Source: Klebsormidium nitens
Taxonomy: Eukaryota; Plantae; Klebsormidiophyceae
Direction of reading: 5' to 3'
Assembly (NCBI GenBank): GCA_000708835.1
Contig: DF236965.1
Span: 1 to 64,000, forward strand
DNA: 64,000 nucleotides
Shown: piece after piece, positions 59,582 through 64,000 of the stretch
Layout: every line of letters begins with the position of its first letter
Position numbering within the stretch: the first letter of the stretch is position 1
Notes under the pieces: generated by a model
Told to the model about the DNA's origin: nothing
The model's database searches: none
The model's input: the letters and a program-made list of their open reading frames with translations, nothing else
Made by a program: the position numbers and the translations under genes

Positions 59582-59626
59582 CTTTATTATTATTCTTATT
59601 ATTACTGTTCTTGTTATTGTTGTTGC
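59582..59626. repeat. Degenerate (TTA/TTG)n trinucleotide microsatellite
   Basis: ctttattattattcttattattactgttcttgttattgttgttg, in the region between the convergent thioesterase and TAF1C-like genes. Confidence 0.75.
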
Positions 59627-60373
59627 TGACCAAAGTCGATCATTGGGACCGGATATTCTTACTTTCTATTCGGGTATCAGTTGCGAGGGCACGTCGGCGG
59701 GAGTCTCGGGTCGTCTCCACTTTCGACTTATCAAACTCTTTGATGCGTTGAAGTTCAGGCGCTAGCTGTTCTGTTTAGGCGATTGTCGTTGCTTTTAGGC
59801 ACTAGGCAAGCGCGCCGGGTGCAGGCTTGTAGAAACGAAGGTACTGTACACCATGCATGACATAGTACCTACGTCCTACTTTGGGTGCAAGACCGTCCCT
59901 TGGCCGCACCCTCATGGGCCTTGGCCATTGTCCATGGTGTCCTCCGCGACTGAAATACACATTTTGAAATATCTAAATCCCATGGCCGCCTTGATCCGAC
60001 ACCTTCAAATGTCATGGAGAACAACCTGCCCAACATGAGCTACCTTGACGCCTGGCAAAATTGCAATAGTATTCTGGCGATCGCTGAAACTTGATCGGAC
60101 AGACCATTCCAGAGGTCGCTTAGATCGTTTTTGCGGCGCCTCGCGCACGATCACTTGAAGCTGCTCGCCCACATTTGGATTATAACCGTCACGTAATAGC
60201 ATGTTATCTGTGCACAGTCCTTCGATGTGAATCCGGTCAGTGAGCATATCTCCTTTGCTCTCTAGAATACCTATGCTCTCAATTTTGATGCAGCCTCGAC
60301 CACTGAGGGGTGAATGAATTATTATCTACAAAGCCTTTCCTGCTCCCTGCTCGCACGATCGACTTTCTATCCT

Positions 60374-63300
60374 CTAGAAGCCCTCTGTGAACTGATGGCT
60401 TTTCTTCAGCTTTTTCTTGACTTTCTTCGCTTCGGGCAAACTCCGCTTACGGGGAGGCTTACCCCCGACATTAGCTACCGGTTGACTCGGCACGCTCTCT
60501 TCAATGTCGAGCCTCTCCAGGCCTGCAGAAGGCACCAGCTTGGCACTCTTCGGAGGCTTTGCAACCGCAGCTTTTGACATGCGCGCTGTGTCTCCAAGTG
60601 GACTGCCGGTTGGCACTCGGGCAGGACTCGCCAGGAGGCGAGACGGCGTCTGCTGCGAGGAAGGGGTCGGTTGACTTTCCCGGGCACTTTCTAGCAAGGA
60701 CGTATTGCCCGGGAGGCTGCCCGGTACTTTCTGCTCCTGCCACTGGCGCCACGCAGCTCGCAGGTCTGCCAGGCGAGAGAGGGCAGCCTCTTGGCCCAGC
60801 ACAGAACCTGGACGAAAATGGAAAATGTTCATCCTCCCAACTTAGCGAAGGCCATCTTGAAGAGCTGGTAAAAGGCTTGGCACCACGTGATTGACGGCGC
60901 ACTTTTCCAACCTTTTTCAAGTAACAGAATCTGCAAGGAGTAGGAAGTCGCTGCTATTTTGTCCGCCATTTGGACGTTCCAGAGGTTGCTGCAAACGCTG
61001 AGTGCCAGCAACGGCTGCCTAGGTAGGCGGCCAATATAGCGACCACAACAGGACACTCCTGCATGATAACCTTTCCCTTCTTCCCTCATAACGTATGATA
61101 TGAGCCCTTACCTTGGTGTCTCACGATTCTGAACCGGGACAGCTCCCCGCTCTTCGCCTCGGCAGGAGCCGTCACCACCGTCCTGTGAGCGGCCGCCGTG
61201 AGAGGGCTCTCCGGTAAAACCTGCACCAAATCCTCCCCATTTACTACGCCTGCTCGTTCCTCCCCTGGCTGCAACCCCCCTGCGCCCCCCCCCTCCTCGC
61301 CGCCTGTCCTCTGCCCCCCCCCAACAGAGGCCAGGCTGTGCAGATGGAACGAGTCCGATAGTTGGAACCGCCGAGCGGACACTTCTACGGACGCCACGTC
61401 CGCGCCCCCGCTTTCCTGCGCCAGCTGTACCACCGCGTCCCTGACCCGGGGCAAATCCGCCCCGCTCTCGTTCCGCTGATCCGCGCCCCTTCCGCTCGAC
61501 GTCTGAGTCGCTTCTTCACCCTCCCGGGCCAATAACACCAGCGGCAATTTGTCCGCCTCCGGTCGGTGCTTGGCTCCCGGGAGTCTGCGCCACACTTTCG
61601 CGGTACCGGCGTGGCTCCGGCCCAAAACTTTCCCGGCCAGAGACGAGGGGAGGCGCCTCGTCGCGTGCACGTTTGCCGCTTCGGCGGCGGTCAGGGGGTA
61701 CGGAGACCGTGCGGCCACTCGGGAGATCCTCGACGCAAAGTGCTTCTCGCTAGTCAGCCCTCGCGCGTCGTCCCGACTGCCACCGTTTTGCCCCCCTACC
61801 TGCCCGTGCTCCCCTACTCGTTTTTCCCCCTCGCCTGCGTTCAATGCCGTAACGGCCCCAGCTTTTGAAGTCAGGGGATCCCCCGGAAGCTGATGCTTTG
61901 CCCCCGCCTGCGTAACGCTGCCTTCCCCCTCATTTGCCCCACTCCCAAGCCCGCCCTCTCCTACCATTTGACTCCTCGCTTCTGCCACCTTCTCAGCAAT
62001 GAGATTGACGCGCGCCTGTTTATGCTTCGCAAGGACCGCCCCCGCATAAAGATAGCTCCGCGGATGAGCCCGTTCAGCGTACGTCATATTCCTGCGCTCC
62101 AGTGTTGGAGCGCTGTAGAGGGGAAGCGATTGGGGCCAATCCCCGAGGGACACGTACGACCGAAGAACGGGGACGGGTTGCAGGAGGTATCCCTTGGTGT
62201 CAACACTGGGCGCCTTCGCTTTGGCGGCCAGTGAAAGGGACGTCTCCGGACTGCTGTCACGACCTTGCGGGAGTGACCTGCAGGAGCGAACAGGGCAAAC
62301 GTGGTCGACCCGCTGTGCAAAGACGGCCAAAATGATCAACAGGAGCGCGACGCGTCGATGGCTCGTCGGTCGCAGGCAACAGATCTCGAAGTATGTTGCA
62401 ATCATATTGCGACGAAAGGGCGAGGGGAATAAAAGCTTCTCAAAAGGCTAGCGAAGATCGACGGGGACAGATGCAGCTTCCGGTGAGATCAGGCACTCTG
62501 TGGACCAAGAAACAAAGTGGGCCCTCAGAAGTCCAAGGAGCACGACGCTACAGAGGATGGCTGCCGTGCAAAGCAAAAGCCGCTAGTAAGCAGCTCAAAG
62601 GTCCGATTGGCATCCGTTTGCCCACCTCAGGTTCGAGCCCCCCGCCTGCCCGGTTCGCTCTTCGCCGCCCACTTCCTCCCCTCCCGTTCTGCTGACGTAC
62701 GATCGTTCCACTAGCTGGCCCCGCCCGGTTAGCTGCACCAACCGCAGACTCCCGTCCGCCGGCAGCGCCAGCAGCCCGCTTATGATCGGGCCTACCGGCA
62801 CCGTCTCCTCTTTCTCCTTCTTCTCTAAGCTTCGCCCCGACCCCGGCCCCGCAGGTTCCGCGACAACCGCCTGATCCCGGTCGACGAACGGGGCGAGCAC
62901 GCGGAACGGCCCCCCGAGGGCGTGAAGCAGGGGAACCCGCGACCGGGGGGTGCTTGCTTGGGCTGCTGGAGTGCCCCCCGAAGTGTCGGGGGCGTAAGCA
63001 AAGCCTATGACGTCGCCCGAGCTGTTGAACGCCAGGATGGAGCGGGAGTTGGGGGACGGTCCAAGAGGGAAGGAGGGGAAGAGGAGACCGGTGGGGGCTG
63101 CGTGGCTCAGGCAGTGGTCCCACTGCAGGCAGCGAGAGGGGCAGTCAGCGAGTTGGCAAGCAGCAAGCTCTGAACCCACTGCAGAACAAATGTTCGATCG
63201 TCCACATGTTTCATGAATCCCTTTGTTTGAAGAGCATGGACTTCAAGCACTTTCATGCATATCCAAGGAGCCCAGTGAACGCGGGCGACCGCTAGCCGAG

Positions 63301-64000
63301 TCACTTCCGAAGGGCGGCAAATCAGCCTAGGAGTGTGAAGCGGCTTTGCACTGTAAGTACAAGCGAGGCAACGCCGTCCTGACCTGTAGCAGAGGCGCGC
63401 TGCCCTTCCTCGTGTCCCACAAGAGCACGCGGTACGTCGTGGCCACCGCCACCAAAAACCGCCCAGCCCCGTCGGTATTCTCAGAACGCGCGAGCGCACA
63501 CACTGCCTCCGCTGTCTGCTGTACCAATCCCCCTGGCTCCCATGCAACTGCCCCCGCCCGTGGTTCTCCGGTCATCTCCAGCAAGCACCGTTCGGACTCA
63601 ACTTCAACTTCTTCCCTCCGAGCCAGATTCAGGATCGTAACGGACGTCCGGTTCGCCACGACCAGGGAATTTGAGTTGTGCCCGTACACGCATCGCCACC
63701 ATGTCTCGTCGCTCCTTCTTGCGTTTCTCCGGACCACCTGCTGCTTCGCTCCGACTGCCTGGGCCTTCTGATATTGCAGGGCCTCGTTTAGGGGGCGCCC
63801 CACACTTGAGCCCTTGGCAGCTGCCTCCTCCGCAATTCTTTCATTTCTACGTGACCCCACGGGATCCGATGTCCCCGCTTTCCCCGCCTCCTCCGCAAAG
63901 CTCTGCCCCCTCCGATCATGGCCAGGACTGGTCTCTCCATCAGCGGCCCCTTTCGATGATACACCCTCGGCTTCGCCCAAGGCGCCTTCCTCTTCCGGTT
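60374..64000 (-). CDS. TAF1C/Rrn6-like RNA polymerase I core-factor subunit (beta-propeller plus disordered tail); 5'-partial
   Basis: Exons >64000-63384, 63122-62701, 62277-61112, 60807-60374, phases consistent. It has a propeller-like segment VAVATTYRVLLWDTRKGSAPLLQ|WDHCL and a basic tail ending KKKLKKSHQFTEGF, which resembles the basic ...GF ends I recall for TAF1C/Rrn6 proteins. The family call rests on motif recall, not a search. Confidence 0.62.

Noticed and set aside
62575-62650. tRNA T-loop-like GGTTCGAGCCC
   Set aside because: No acceptor, D or anticodon stems can be formed; it lies in an intron of the TAF1C-like gene.

Overview
Eukaryotic nuclear DNA, intron-rich with GC-rich exons. 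The gene set (CHUP1, plant-type DGAT2, FatA-like thioesterase, divergent-loop cyclophilin) points to a streptophyte; a Klebsormidium-like charophyte alga is my inference, not a database result. Splicing exons by hand, with phases checked, gives 12 protein-coding genes in this order: DGAT2 (+), Tas-like aldo-keto reductase (+), CHUP1 (-), an unclassified DxD glycosyltransferase-like protein (+), cytosolic G6PDH (-), cyclophilin (+), ABCB half-transporter (-), thylakoid-type TPR protein (+), a divergent Ser/Thr kinase (-), a ULP/SENP SUMO protease (-), acyl-ACP thioesterase (+) and a TAF1C/Rrn6-like gene (-, runs off the right edge). There is a 581-bp N gap at 4119-4699. I found no RNA gene, CRISPR array or intact transposon. 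The most notable signals are: five GC-AG introns among about 87 (two in one gene, one of them stop-free and in frame); a block of 17 GTAC motifs in a bidirectional promoter; palindrome-dense intergenic DNA; an 18-bp G-rich coding array that switches frame at a homopolymer; a probable 11-nt microexon; and an Asn-to-His change in the thioesterase catalytic motif. None of this proves a new biological system; these are leads.
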